Shown here one piece after another: positions 1 through 13,859 of a stretch of 64,000 bases of DNA. The notes under the pieces are model-generated. The model was not told the DNA's origin. It saw only the letters and a list, made by a program, of their open reading frames with translations, and ran no database searches. This stretch comes from Lama glama (Eukaryota), in NCBI GenBank assembly GCA_028534125.1, contig CM052817.1, positions 63,862,001-63,926,000 of the forward strand, given 5' to 3'. How positions within the stretch are numbered: the stretch's first letter is position 1; the number at the start of each line of letters is the position of its first letter. The position numbers and the translations under genes are program-made.

Positions 1-200
1 GTAAAAATAGATTAAAAATTTCTTCCGTATAGCACAGGGAACTATATTCAATATCTTGTGATAACCTTTAATGAAATGAATATGAAAACAAATGTATGTG
101 TGTGCACTTGTGTGTGTATATATATATGCACATGACTGGAACATTATGCTGTACACCAGGAACTGACAGTGTAACTGACTATACTTCAATTAAAAAAAAA
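1..200 (+). mobile_element. L1 3' end (cetartiodactyl/camelid type), continuing upstream of the window
   Basis: gtatagcacagggaactatattcaatatcttgtg...gctgtacaccag...actgactatacttcaatt followed by poly(A). Confidence 0.88.
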
Positions 201-679
201 TAACATTGGGCTCTACTAAGTTCCAAGTGCCTCTGAAAATTTCTATTACTGGAGCCTGCCAAGAAAACAGTTAAAAAAGAAAAGTAAAAGTATGTTTCCT
301 AAATTATTTTTCTCTGAACATATAATTGAAGTAAAATAATGGATAACCAGAAATGTAGATAACAAAAGCTTAAATAGTCAACTTCTTTTGCAATGAAGAA
401 ATTTATATCATAAACACAATAAAAGCAAATATGAAAAGTAAACTGTTATCCCATCAATCAAAACAAAGGGGTCACTTTAAAACTGTGAACATGTGAAATG
501 AAAATTAGTTATTTAAAACTCCACTGGAAACACTATGAAACCTATTAGTCCCTGGGGTTACCAATTCATGCAATGATCATCTTAATGACTTATTTTTGTT
601 TGTCACTAATGTGTTTTTCTCTTTATTTTTATAACTTATACCAGTCCATCTTATCTCCCTAAGTAATTTTTTGCAATTT

Positions 680-1260
680 TGTTAATGTATACTTGACATA
701 CAGTAAACTTCACATAAAGTGTACAATTTACTAAGTTTTGACGTCAGTCACATGAAATAATCACAACAATCATGATAATAAACATTTTTGCATCCCCAAA
801 AGTTTTCTTCTGTTCCTTTGTAAGCCATCCCACTTTCTACCCACATCCACATGTAAACACTGATCTGCTCTGTGACCATACATTTCTAGAATTTTCTATA
901 AGTGGAATCATGTATTATGTATTGTTTTGTCTCTATCTTCCTTCATTCCTCATGATTTTAAGATTCACTACATTCTTGTGTGTATCTGTACTTCATTCAT
1001 TTGAATTTCTGAGTAGTATTGCATTGTATACATACCCTAGTCTGCTGATTATTCACTAGCTGATGAACATTTGGATTGTTTACAGTTTGGGGTTAAGAAT
1101 AATGGTTTTGGCAAATAACACTCTAATAAATATTTACATACATGCCTCCCATTTCTCTCGAATAAATACCTAGAAGTAGAACGTCCGGGTCAATGGTGAG
1201 TGAATTTTAAACTTTCGGACATTTGAAGGAACCGCCAAACTGCTTTCCACAGTGGCTTTA
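680..1260 (-). mobile_element. Old L1 3' region (L1MB-ME type)
   Basis: ataagtggaatcatgtattatgt, tgatgaacatttggattgtttacagtttg and ccaaactgctttccacagtggct. Confidence 0.8.
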
Positions 1261-3214
1261 CATGATTATCTCTTTACAAACCTATTTAAATTACAAATAC
1301 ATTGATCTTGGTATATATTTTTATTTGAAGGTCAAAGACCTCTAAAAAACTAAGCTACAAAAAAAAAAGATCAGAACCTAATGACTTTTAAGAAAAAAAT
1401 TAAGATTCCATCATAATATTAATTACAGGTAGAATATACATATAAATGAAAAAAGGAAATGTTCCGGATAATATAAAAAACACAAATTATGTTCCTCAGA
1501 ATTCCTTTTAAAGGCATTAATTCTACTTTTGGATGAAGTTCTTCTAGAGGAAAGATCATATTTATCCTTTTATTCCCCAATACTATCACAGTGATTGAAA
1601 CATAGCAAGGTCATAACAGTGTTTAATTAGAATTAGAATCATGAACTTAGATAAGCTAATACACAAGACAAAGGGACAGAAATTACTGCATGTGTAAAAT
1701 ATTAAGAACTTATAAGGTAAAATATTTTACACCACAATTGGCCTCTAATTTATAATTTGTCTTACTGCCATTTCCCAGCATTAAGTCTTCAGATCAATAT
1801 TGTTTTGTCTTTCTTTCATTTCACAGTCTTGTAAGTATACAACAAAATTTTATTAAAATATTTGAGTTGTAGCATATTAGAAAGACAGTGACAACTGTAA
1901 AAAATAAACAACAGCACTTTGAGAAACAACATTATGTACAGGATAAAGAAAGACATTATATAAGAATGAAAGTAAAAAGTTAACCTCATTAAAAATTTAG
2001 CCAATACACAGTTCATCTATTTACTGTGGCAAGCCATCAAAATAATTATGATTCCATGAATGCAATCTAATCTCAGGCGAATGCTAAAAGTCTGTTTTCC
2101 AATTAGCACATTAGTGGGACTTGTCTAATTAAATCAACTGAATACCCCTAAGTGTGCACTATGAGACTCATATGAAGAAACAGATGTAATCATGTATTTA
2201 CAATGCACATTAAGAAACTGTAGGCAAATGTTTAATATGTGATTTCCTTTCTTCATAAACAGCAAATCAAAAGTCTAGGAAAGGTCTTAAACCCTAGTGA
2301 AATGCTCAAATGTGCAAATTCAGATTTTAAAAACCTATTCTGTTAATTCTTTTATAACATATAAGAATGATGTCTTAAAAACATATTTCTAGAATTGGAT
2401 GTGGGACTATAAAAATGAGTAAATTAATTTTCTAAATATAAACGCCATATTAGAAGGTAATTAGAAAGTCCTCAGAGATACTTATCACTAAATTACATGC
2501 TGCTTCCTTTATTTTCTACTGTGTAGAGAACTGCTTTCCTTTCCTTTGAACATCCATACTAATCATCACATACATTTAAAAGTTAAGGATATCTTACTAT
2601 ATAGAAGTTTTAAAAATGTCTTTTAAAAAAAGGCTTGTAAGTTTCTTAAGGGATGATAAAACTATTAGAAGAATGCATAAAATCTCATTTTTCCATTTAA
2701 CTATTATCATTACTTAATATTTCATAAAAGTTTGCATTTTATATAGATAAGAATTAGGATTGTATTTACTTTCTTCAAAGGGACTCGTATTCTCTTAGTA
2801 TGGGGAAAAAGAGACAAAAAGAAGTTTAGACTGGGACACAGCAGCATTTGAATAAACTGCATTTTATATTAATGGCACCAGATTCATGAGAGCTTCTATT
2901 TCTGCGGATACAGTGAAAAAAAGAAGGGAAAAAGCAGAGATAGCAAAAGAGCAACTAGTAAAGACAGAGAAAGTATGCCCAAATAGGAAATAGCACAGAT
3001 AAACGATTATTGTCGTGAACTAGCAATAATAAGAAGGTCCATTTCACTTGGAAGCAGCACAGTGTAAAAAAATAAAGCCTTGAGAAGACAATCAGGACTT
3101 CAAATTTCTTATTCAGGGTCTATTACAATGTAACTGGAGCACTAGGAAAGCCCCAGAGTCACATACTCCTCGGAAAAAATAACCTTGGTGGTTAAGAAAT
3201 TATGTCCTTATTGG

Positions 3215-3305
3215 CATGTATATGTATGATTGAACTATTATGCTGTACACCAGAAATTGACACAATATTGTAAACTGACTATACTTCAATATTTAAAGAA
3301 AAAAA
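3215..3305 (+). mobile_element. L1 3' tip (~90 bp)
   Basis: tgctgtacaccagaaattgacacaatattgtaaactgactatacttcaat followed by an A tail; same family as 1-200. Confidence 0.8.
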
Positions 3306-4559
3306 GTTACGTTCCTTAAGAATTGATCACATATGAGGTAGGTAAGGAGTTGACATCACTGTATACGGAGTCCGTAAGAAATGCAAATTACCCACTTGAA
3401 TTTAAGTACAATTTTGTTCTTTACTGGATGTTTTGGCCTTTTTTTGCACACTAGGAAGAGAAGTCTTCCAGGAAAAGGGAATAAGCTTAAACTGAGGAGC
3501 AGGAATGAATACACTACACACGTGAGAAAAAACATGTAATAAGCCCACTAAGACTTCCATTACCAATTCAGAAGGATGACAGCCATTTGTTAACATAATT
3601 TTTAATAACTGATTGCTTAAAATGCCTTTATTATTGCTGCTATCTTCAATCTGTTATCCTATAAGGATTATCCTTAAAAGGAAATAGTCTATTTATCAAT
3701 TCTGAAGAAAAAAAGAAAAGCAGAACTGAAGAGTGCACCTGGACTCAGCCACAGAGAAAGCCCAGGAAATAAGAGAAGGGTTAAATAAGTTTAAAAAAAT
3801 CTGTGCTTTGGGTCTCCTAAAAACCAGAAAGGAAAGCAAAGTAGGGAGATCAAGTCTGAGAACAGGTCTTTAGTCTTAAAAATTAAAAGTCTTAAAAATT
3901 AAAAATTAAAGCTTTTCCTCTGACGGACATCATCTAAGACAACCCTCTCCTTTTTTCCAAAAATTTCATTGCAGTATTTTCTGTAAGTCACTTAACCTTT
4001 TGTCCCCTTAATTTTCTCATTTCTTAAAGGTAAAAATGTTACTTTAAAAGTTTCCTAAGTCCTTTCCATCTCTAATGTGCTATTAAAGTAGTCATTCTTC
4101 CTCAAATCCTCATTGAAAGGACATTGTGAATGTGTATAAAAATACTTCTGGATAATATTCTTGAAATAGGCAACCAAACTCATAAATGGACCAGCAAGAA
4201 AATGCCCCCCAGAGTTTGAAAAATTCATATAGTCATACATAAAATGACTTAAGAGAGTCTTTGAAAAATGATATAAGGAAAATAATATTCTGGCTCATTT
4301 AGTATGAAAAAATGACATTCAGAAATAAACTGCATGGTTTAAAAGAGTGACTTTATCAGAGAAGATTCAGACTAAAATACTTCCTTCTTAAGTACACCTC
4401 ATAATTGTACATCCTGAAAACCTCTAACTTTTATACTTCTCCCATTACTCTGGTTTCAGCCATCAATACCTAACACAAATATTACTGAAATAGTATCCTA
4501 AGAGTACTCCAACATAATCACTGAATGTTTTCTCTTTTAGTTAGTCAGACAGAATGTTT

Positions 4560-6270
4560 TTGATGTGAAAACTTCCTTTCAGCATCTACTTAGGATGTAG
4601 AAAGCTGTAATCAGTGTCATTTACACTCTAACAATAAGAAAAAGCCAATTTATATGATTAAAACTTTCTCATACCTATTCGAGAGATGAAGTCACTGGGT
4701 ATAAGTTAGCCTAAAATTTAAAGAAAGACAAGTGTCCCCAAGAAAAGACATGTTATAGCATTGATTTATCTGGTGTGAAGCATGGAAGGAAGATGGGAAA
4801 CACTATACAAGCTGGTATGAAAAAATTTTAATAAACTGCTTAAGGCTAAGTTTGGACTTGCCGTGAGACCACAGAATAACAGAGACCACAGACACAAGAG
4901 GAGTTAGCACCCACTTGTGGGCTCTATACTTTGGACCATGTGCTCACAAGAAATACTACGTCAGGGAGGGAAACTAAAGAAAGCCTCCTCATGGTGCAGA
5001 CCTGGAGAAGGAAAGTCACTGTCACTGTAGAACAGGTCAAAGCTCTACCCAAATCATTCTTCCCTATGGGACAAAAGCCTTCAGCTCCAAGAAGAAGGGC
5101 GGTAAGTGCTGCCTCTAGGGCATGGGTGAAGAACTACTATGGCTGGAGAAACAGGACAGGGAAAAAATCCTCTCCTCTGAGATAGGTGGGGACAGAAAGC
5201 CACAGAATTGCTGCAGAAATTCAAAATGACTGTGAAAAATCCACTCAGACACCCTGGGACATGGGTCTGTCTAAAACTGAGGCTGATCCAGGACAATGTA
5301 GAACATCCATCCCATGCCTCCCAACAACACTAGGAAGACCTCAGTAACAGGCAACATGAGGCATAGCCTAAAATGAGGGTAGAAAAGAAATACTGAGGAA
5401 GATTATTCTGGAAGCCAATATTCACCCTAAACATAAGGTAAAAATGGACATGAAGCTAGCAATGCACTAAATACTAGCAACACAAAACCCCAAACCAACT
5501 CAATTCCTGATAAGACTAGCACAACCCTCTGCACTGAGGCTTATCAGAAGAAAAGGTATGCCAATCTAGACAAACTTTTTATTTACTTTATTCTCTCCCC
5601 TATATCATGTCCAGCTTTTAACCAAAATTAATGAAACACAAATAAAAAAAAAAAACACTTTCAAAACATACATATCACATGCACACGCACACATACACAC
5701 ACACACACACACACACCTGTCAAGAGAGAAACCAATCAACAGAACCAGACACAGATATGATCCAGATCCAGATGTTGGAACTTTCAGACAGGGACTTTAC
5801 AATGACTATGTCTAATGATAAAGGCTTAGTGGAAAAGTGGGTAAGAGAATAACATGCACAGATTGATGGGGAATTCCAGCAGGGAAATAAAAATTATTTT
5901 AAAAAAGAATCAAACAGAAGTGTCAAAACGAAAAACACAGAAACAGAGATGAAGGCTGCTTTCTATTAATTCGCCAATAGATTAGACACAGCAAAGGAAA
6001 GAATTAATCCACTGAAAGTAGGCCAATAGAAATTATTCCAAGTGAATTACAACAAAAAAAAAAAGGTTGGAAAAAAACAGAATCCAAGAGCTGTACGACA
6101 AAAATCAACTGGTCTAACTAATACATATGTAACTGAAATCTTAGAAGGAGGAGAGAGGAGAAGGGACAGAAGAAATATTGAAGAGATAATGTCAAAGGAT
6201 CTTCAAAAGACAATGATCAAAGAACCTCAGAACACCAGGCAGAGTAACTAGGAAGACAGAGAGAGAATGC
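4560..6270 (+). mobile_element. Old L1 5' region/ORF1 fragment
   Basis: ORF1-like blocks cagatgttggaactttcagacagggact, agattagacacagcaaaggaaagaatt and gaagaaatattgaagagataatg. Confidence 0.65.
5680..5716. repeat. (CA)n microsatellite
   Basis: Read directly from the sequence. Confidence 0.9.
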
Positions 6271-6283
6271 GAGCAGTGACCTC

Positions 6284-6465
6284 CTGTGGTAGGCAAAATG
6301 GTTCCCCAAAGACATCCATGTCCTAATACCTGGAATCTGTGCATATGTTGCATTATGTAGCAAACCATGGACTTCTGACTCACGGAAACTGTGAGATAAT
6401 AAATGGATGTTGTAAGCTCCTAAATTTATGGTAATTTGTGATAACAGTTATAGAAAGTCAACACA
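6284..6465 (+). mobile_element. Internally deleted MLT1 (MaLR) LTR
   Basis: tgtggtaggcaaaatggttccccaaagacatccatgtcctaatacctggaatctgtg is joined directly to the 3' block aactgtgagataataaatggatgttg. Confidence 0.75.
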
Positions 6466-6469
6466 TTTC

Positions 6470-7025
6470 CTCACTGGTCATGTTGATTCTGTGTATCCCA
6501 CTCCATCTCATTCTCTACACCAGAGTAATCATTCTAAAATTTGAATCTATTTTTATCATTCCTCTGCTTGAAACCACCACTGAAACTTCACTGCCTTTTA
6601 AATAAAGTTCTAACCCCTATGCATGGCCATACAAGCCCCTTGTTTAATATAATATTTTTACTCCTCCAGCCTGTTCACTCACCGTAATGTCCTCATAGTC
6701 TCTGTTCTAAATATTCTGAATTATTTTTGCTCTGAAAAATAGAAAGTAAAAGAGCCTTTGTACATGCTAAACACTGCATGGAAGACCCTCCTTTTCATTC
6801 AGCTCACTCAGCTTTCAGGACCCAGATTAAATACTCCTGAACCCCCTCACTAATATTTGACCCCTCTGGCTGGGTTAGGTGGTCTGCCAATGTTTATTCC
6901 TATTTTAGTATCTTTCATTATTTATTGCAAATTGCCTATATTTTTCAATCACCCCACTACCCTGAAAGCTAAAGGATAGGAGATTTGACGTTTTATTCTT
7001 CAAAGTAGTTCAACTAACGCTTGAC
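6470..7025 (+). mobile_element. LINE-2 3' fragment
   Basis: Degenerate L2 blocks (ccagagtaatcattctaaaa, gcctttgtacatgct). Confidence 0.55.
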
Positions 7026-7428
7026 ACATACATATGTATACATATACAAAAAAAATGGAAGGTAGAATTTTAAAGAATCTATTGATTTGAAATATATTAA
7101 GAGAGAAAGTTAAAACAATAAGCAAGTATTAAAGGCAATCTTAATTTTTCTAGATTGGTGGTATAACTTCTTCTGCCTTCATAATATTTAAGAATATTAT
7201 ATTTTTAGTAATTTGAAATTATCCTGAATTTACTTTAAATTTGAACTTAATAACTTCAAAATGTTTTCCCCTAAGTCTATTTCTAATAATAGTAATCATT
7301 TTTTGGGTGAGGCATTCATTTCTAAGTAAAAAATACCAAATCTGTGGTCTCAAAAGAATAGTCTATTTCTAGCTAACTTTTTTCCTAAAACCTCTTGACC
7401 TAAGAGCTTTTCACAGTGCTCCCAGTGA

Positions 7429-7442
7429 GTTACCATGGTAAC
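7429..7442. promoter_or_regulatory. Perfect palindromic RFX X-box motif GTTACCATGGTAAC
   Basis: Exact 14-bp palindrome fitting GTTRCCATGGYAAC; a second degenerate box attgccatgacaag lies at 7484-7497. Function untested. Confidence 0.45.
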
Positions 7443-10400
7443 CTGAAATGTTTCCCACCATCACATAGATCAGGTTCATCATGATTGCCATGACAAGACC
7501 ATGGAGAGTAATTAATGGGTGAAAGCAGTGCAAAAGGATCTGTAAAAATAAGAGTGTTATCATTCACAAGATCTGCCAACACTAAATTTTAAAAATACAT
7601 TAATTACTTATTAACAGAGTAAAAAGCATACTAGCAAAAGATAAAGTGCTTATGATTCTCTTGGAGGATAAGACTTGTCAAACATTTTTGCCAAAAAATT
7701 TATTTGACCTTAAATATTTTAAGAAATCCAAAATAAGAATAATAAAATGAGCTTAAAAGGTAAGTAATATTTCACATAAATCGAAAAAAATTTAATTTTA
7801 CTCTGCCTTCCTTGTATTCATGGAGACAAAGGAATTAAAACATTGATATAAACATATCTTTTTCATAGATTCACCACAGAAGACTGTGAGTCAGATCACT
7901 GAGTTCTACTTTTTCTTTCAGAGCAACTATGCACAGTAGTCATTGAACTGACTGTTCACTAAATTGGGAATAAAGCTGCTAAACTGTTAGTTAGCAATTC
8001 TGATCCAATGCACTCTCAGAGAAAACAAGGATGCCATCAAAAGAGAAAGAACTTCTGCTGAAGGCTCATGCCAGTTTCTGATTCAGATGAGGAATGTGAT
8101 ATAGATAATACTGGTTTATTAGTTGCTATTTGAATCTCTCTTATTTCAGTACTTATGAAGAGAAGAGAAGAATTCAGATACTAACTGCTACAACATCATG
8201 CTGATTTTCATTAAATTTGGCAAAAGGGGGCCCAGCATGGAAATATTAAACTACGTTCAGACCATATGACTAAAAAGGTTCTTCTATTTATAGCCATTAT
8301 GTTTGATTTGAATTTTTTTAATAATGGCACTCCCTGAAGTCTAGATAATTAAAGTCAGCTACAAATACTTCTTTTCAAATGTTCATGCCTTAATAATAAA
8401 AGGACCCTTTAATAAAAAAAACTTTGAACTTTAGATTAATGTATTACATAAAACAGAAAATTAAATTATACTTTCACAATTATAAATATAAACAATTTTA
8501 AAGTATATTAATCACATAAACAAAAGACCACATTACTTGACAATTCAAAAATGATAATAGTATATGGAAGTCAAATATCTCAATCTGTATTATACAATGT
8601 GTCTCAAAATACTTCTGAACTCCCACAATTTTCTAATTTATAAATAGCACTGTTTTAAGTTTACAGATGTTGAATTGATTGAGAGGACTCAGAAGACTAA
8701 AGTAAGGCAGTAAGACTTAAAAACTACTTGAACGAATTCTGTATTAATGTTGCTAAGCTTAATTCAGATATAAGCTGACATCTGTTAAAACTTTTCTCTC
8801 TCAAATTGTGAGACATTTCAACTTTTTATGAATAGACCTAATAGGTTTTCTAAATTAATGTGGAAATAAGTCACCTGATATCCACAGTGGGTCTGATTAA
8901 GGAAACAACTAACACAAAATACGGACAACACAACCTCAAAAGGAGAGAACAGTATTTTGTAATTTAAATTATTTATCTGACACTTTAAAAAATTATGCCT
9001 GTAGTACTTGCAGTGTTAGCCTCTACCACGAAGGTAATGAATAGAAGTCAGTCATCTAAATAAAGCTTTGGCCAATCTAAGTACATGATGATGCCATCTG
9101 GCCTGGAAAACATTTTAATTCATATCAGGTGCATATGACAGCAGCTTTCCTGGCTTTCTAGTCTAAGAGGTTGTGGTTTCACAGGTAAATGAATAATATA
9201 CTGCCCCAATTTGACTTTACACAGTCCCTGACTCCAGTCAGTCCTCAGTCTCCAGCTGCAACACTGACTCTGGAACCAAGTCAAAGATGGGAACTGTATC
9301 TGGAGATTCTGTTTGGAATTCAGGGGCTTTATTTTCTCTGAATAAGAGATCCTAGATGCTAGACAAGATGTTTATGGTATATATGTGAGAGGTATCCCAA
9401 GTCCACCAATTGACTTTTAAAGTTATCTCAATTGGTTTTGGCTTCAGTATATACTTGCCCTACACTGTCAAACCAGTCCCCAGCATTATGAAAATATCCT
9501 TCCCCATACAATGCCAGATCTTTTGACCTCTGAAGATATCCTACTTCTAGAACCCTAGCCAGGAGGTGGTCAAGAGTTTCTCTTGGGAATCAGAACTATA
9601 TGACACTGAGGATTTCTTGCAACCATTGTGGCATTACCTTGAGAGAGGTAAGCCTACTATAGTTTCATATAACAGACTAAGAAGCTTTGTTTGAACAAAG
9701 TCAAATCAAGCTTTAATGCCAAGTGAGGGTAGTGGTGGTAACTTCTAGAGAAAATATTTAGAACTGAGAGTGTTTCACCTATTTAATACTGCATACCTCT
9801 AACTGATGTAATCAACAACACACTTCGAAAGACCTAAGGCCACTGGAGGCAGACAATGAAAAGAGTGGTAGCAACCGTGATCATGTGCTATTAAAAGCAA
9901 TACATTAAATCAAGAAGGTTCTATGCAAGTTGCTCATAATAATGATAGTAATAATAATAACAGAAACAATAGCACAATACTTTTTTGAATTCTACATTAC
10001 TTTTCATGTCTTAGCATGAACGTTCTGAATTTCACAATATTTATTATTATTATTGGTATAGTATCGTATTTAAATAATACGGCAGAATAGCAGATAAAAG
10101 TGAAAAAATTCAGTTTCCAAATTTCTCATTTCAAAAAATTCAGACTGTATATAGTGTTCCTCTTTTTTGTGGCATGACTGTAATTTTGCTTTAGTGATAA
10201 ACATCGACTAGCAAAAACACACATATTTTGCTGATCATAATTTGAACATAACAAGATCATACAATAGGAGGCTAAATAAGTCAAGCAGAATCACAGAGTT
10301 CATAGTCCATGATTCCCAGGATCTGTCACTGATGCTTACTATTTTCCTGCCTGCTCCTGTGGATTAATAAAATATGAGAGTCCCCAGAGCTCCTCTGGAT

Positions 10401-11049
10401 CCCTTTACTAAGTAACTAATGCTGTTAAAAATGTAATTATCTTACATTATGACTGTCTGAGAAGATAATTCTTTGGAAGCACTACGTTTATGCTATTCTG
10501 TTAACATAAAAGATTCGTGCTACTTTTTATATTGCCAGTCTAAATAAAAGAAATTGAACTAATCAGTTTTGACTACTATCAAACTTCCAATGAAAACAGC
10601 ATCAGTAAAAGTAAAAAAAAGAAAAAAAGAAAAAAGAAATCTAAATATTCAATTTTATGAGTACCCTACCACCTAGAATTGGGGGGGGGATTATATTGTT
10701 ATAAGTATATAAAATGAGAGAAGAATCTTAAAAAGTAGTTTTACGCTATACAGAGAATTGTGCAGTGCAAGTAAATTTCAGAGTAGAGATTCTTCCAAAA
10801 TATCTTATTTCAATTGTATTATATATCACACAATTATTTACTGCAACTTCTTTCAGCTGTAAAATTATCACTTTTGTACATTTTTCTTTCCAACATGAGC
10901 AGAACCAAAAATAATTATGAATTGTAACAAACTAAAACTTCACACTCACTATTAGACAGATAGTTTCTGTTTGGGGAATTTGTTCAATGTAATAAAACTG
11001 CTATCACAAGCTTTGCCTAGACAGATAGACAGACAGACAGACAGATGAG

Positions 11050-11240
11050 CAGGCATGCTATCAGCATTGTATTTTAAGGAAAGAAACTGCATCATTTACT
11101 AAAATGTGACACAGAGACAAAGTGAGCAAATGATGTTGGAAAATGGCACTGGTAATTGCTCAGACACAGGCTTGCTACAAACCTTCAATTTGTAAAAACC
11201 TCAGTATCAGCAAAGGGCAATAAACCAAGGTATGCTGGTA
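11050..11240 (-). mobile_element. Tigger1-type DNA transposon end fragment
   Basis: aaaatgtgacacagagac..gtgagca, acaaaccttcaatttgtaaaaa and caataaaccaaggtatgctgg match the recalled Tigger1 terminus. Confidence 0.75.
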
Positions 11241-11323
11241 TGTGTATGTATGTCATATATAAACATATATATATATATATGCTTATGTATGCTTATATAT
11301 AAGTAAAATCATTGACAGCGATG

Positions 11324-11370
11324 ATACAACGGACAGGAAGAATAAAGTATACAATGGACAGGAAGAGTAA
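11324..11370. repeat. 25-bp period tandem duplication
   Basis: atacaacggacaggaagaataa / atacaatggacaggaagagtaa. Confidence 0.85.
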
Positions 11371-12547
11371 TTTGGAATTTGCTTTTGACATTAACAATAA
11401 ATCCTGGATCTGACAACTTAAACCTTTCCTCTCCGGGTGCTAAAAATTGCAGGCAAATGTTTAACATATTATTTAAAAATAAGAAACATAAGTTGGATTG
11501 ATAATAATCTGACACAACTCCAGAAAACCTCTTTAATAACTCATTGAAACACAATAAATTTAACTAGATCAGCTTTATATATGAGCACTAGTTTCAGTTT
11601 TATGTAATTCACTTAAGATTTTCAAGAAACTAGTAGCAGTTTTCTATAAACAACAGTCTATTTCTACCCCTCAACCTTTTCAGTTTAAAGGTAGCATATT
11701 ATTGCATAAAGCTGGATTCCCTGAATAGCTCCTATTTTCAAAAAATATAAAAATTAAAATATTTGTAAAGATTTCTTTAACCTATCTAAACTTCCAAGTA
11801 TCTCAATAGCTATGGAAACTCAGAAGAAACACTTTCCAGACTGTATGAGAATCTTTTCATTCAACCTAATTTCTAAACCTATTCAACATATAATAAATTG
11901 GAGTTGGTTCTAAAAGAATATTTTAAGTAAACAAGATTAGAAGTCATTCTACAGACTTCCAAACAAGTATTTTTCCATCTGTGATCTATTTGTAATAATA
12001 TGCTAATTTTATATATCATATAACAACCAACTTTAAAACTTGTTTAGGATTCCCAATGTTTTAAAAGGAAGACATTAAATTAGCACATCTGTAAAGTAAC
12101 TTGCCCAGATAAGTTATTATTAATTTTCTCTGTCAAAGTAGTTAAACAAGTATGATTATAAAGATGTACAAGAAGTAGTATTTTCACTTTCAGTACTTTC
12201 TTCTAGGTAACACATGAAGTATGTATACAAATGTTCTCTTCCCCATTCTCAGAAGCTTATCTACTAAAACAGCTACTATCAAAATATTGCACATTGTATA
12301 TGTAATTACACAACACTGTATTTACACACAGAAAATCCACAGCAAGAGAGCAAATGACAGTAAAATGACACTTAGAGAATTTTCTCTTTGGGTTATTTTA
12401 GGCAACATATGCCTGAATTTCTGAAACCCCTGCTATTTCTTTCAAAATAATGATTTTTAAGACCTTTAATACATGACAAACTACGTGATGTCCCACATGA
12501 GGCAACAAGAAAAGAAAACGTATAATCCTTAGGGTTCTGGTTTTGGC

Positions 12548-12921
12548 AAAACATTATCTGACATAATTCTTAGCAATGTTCTCCTAGGGCAGTCTACCCA
12601 AGCAATATAAATAAAAGTAAAAATAAACAAACAGGACCTAATTAAATTTACAAGCTTTTGCACAACAAAGGAAACCATAAACAAAACAAAAAGACAATCT
12701 ACAGACTAGGAGAAAGTATTTGCAAGTGATGCTACTGACAATGGCTTAATTTCCAGAATATACAAAAATCTCATACAAAAAAAACAAGCAACCCAATCCA
12801 AAAATGGGCATGAGACCTAAACGAGCAATTCTCCAATGAAGACATACAAATGGCCAATAGGCATGCTTGATATTATTAATTATCAGAGAAATGCAAATCA
12901 AAACTACAATGAAGTATCACC
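12548..12921 (+). mobile_element. Isolated internal L1 ORF2 fragment
   Basis: agcttttgcacaacaaaggaaaccataaacaaaac...atcagagaaatgcaaatcaaaactacaatgaagtatcacc; no 3' UTR or poly(A). Confidence 0.85.
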
Positions 12922-13547
12922 TAATTAGATAGACAGACAGACACAAACAAAAAGACACTACCCAAGAGGAGGAAGAATACAAAACAGTTTTTAGTCTGTG
13001 GAAATCAAGAGTCACAGTGACATTCTTCAGAAAATGTTCTACTTTAAGGTGACTATTAACTCTTATATATAATACATTTGAAATAAGAAAATAACTTTTT
13101 CCTCTTCAGTTAAAATCATGCTTTCTAGGCATCAAATAAGCATAGAAAATAAGATCATTTTAATAAATTACTGTAATCCATACTTTAAAAAGGATATTCT
13201 TATTTTCATAGAAGGTAAGCAATGTAATTTTGAACTGTATTAAAGTAAGATTTAATACTGAGTGACTCAGGAATGCCATAATGTGATGTAATTAATTGCA
13301 GACAACTATTGTGTTTAAATTACTTACTTAATCTCATTTTGGGGTCATGGCTAGTTTATCTGTATAAGATGATTAGTTTATTAAATAAACAAACAGACTT
13401 TTATGGAAGAAACATACGAGAAACTCAAGCAACTGTAAGGTAGACACATACATGCCAAACTCACCTTGGTGTAAATGTTATGGAAGAGCTTTGCCTAAAA
13501 TCTGGCATTTTAAGATTAGTAATACTCTCTCACTTTCTGTTAATATA

Positions 13548-13859
13548 CAGTCATTCCTCAGTATCTGTGGAGGATTGTTTCCATAAGCAAAGAGCGCCAA
13601 AATCCACAATGCTCAAGTCCCTTATAGAAAGTGGCACAGTATTTGCCTATAACATTGCATATCCTCCTGAACACTTTAAATCATCTTTAGATTACTTATG
13701 ATACCTAATACAATGTAAATACTATGTAAATAGTTGCCAGCATGGGGTAAATGCAAGTTTTTCTTTTTGGAACTTTCTGGATTCTTTTTCCCAAATATTT
13801 TCCATCTGCATTTGGTTGAATTCAAGGATGAAGAACCCATGGATAAGGAGGGCTGACTA
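13548..13859. mobile_element. MER2-like non-autonomous Tigger DNA transposon
   Basis: TA|cagtcattcctcagtatctgtgg ... ccatggataaggagggctgact inverted termini; internal tagattacttatgatacctaatacaatgtaaat. Confidence 0.85.
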
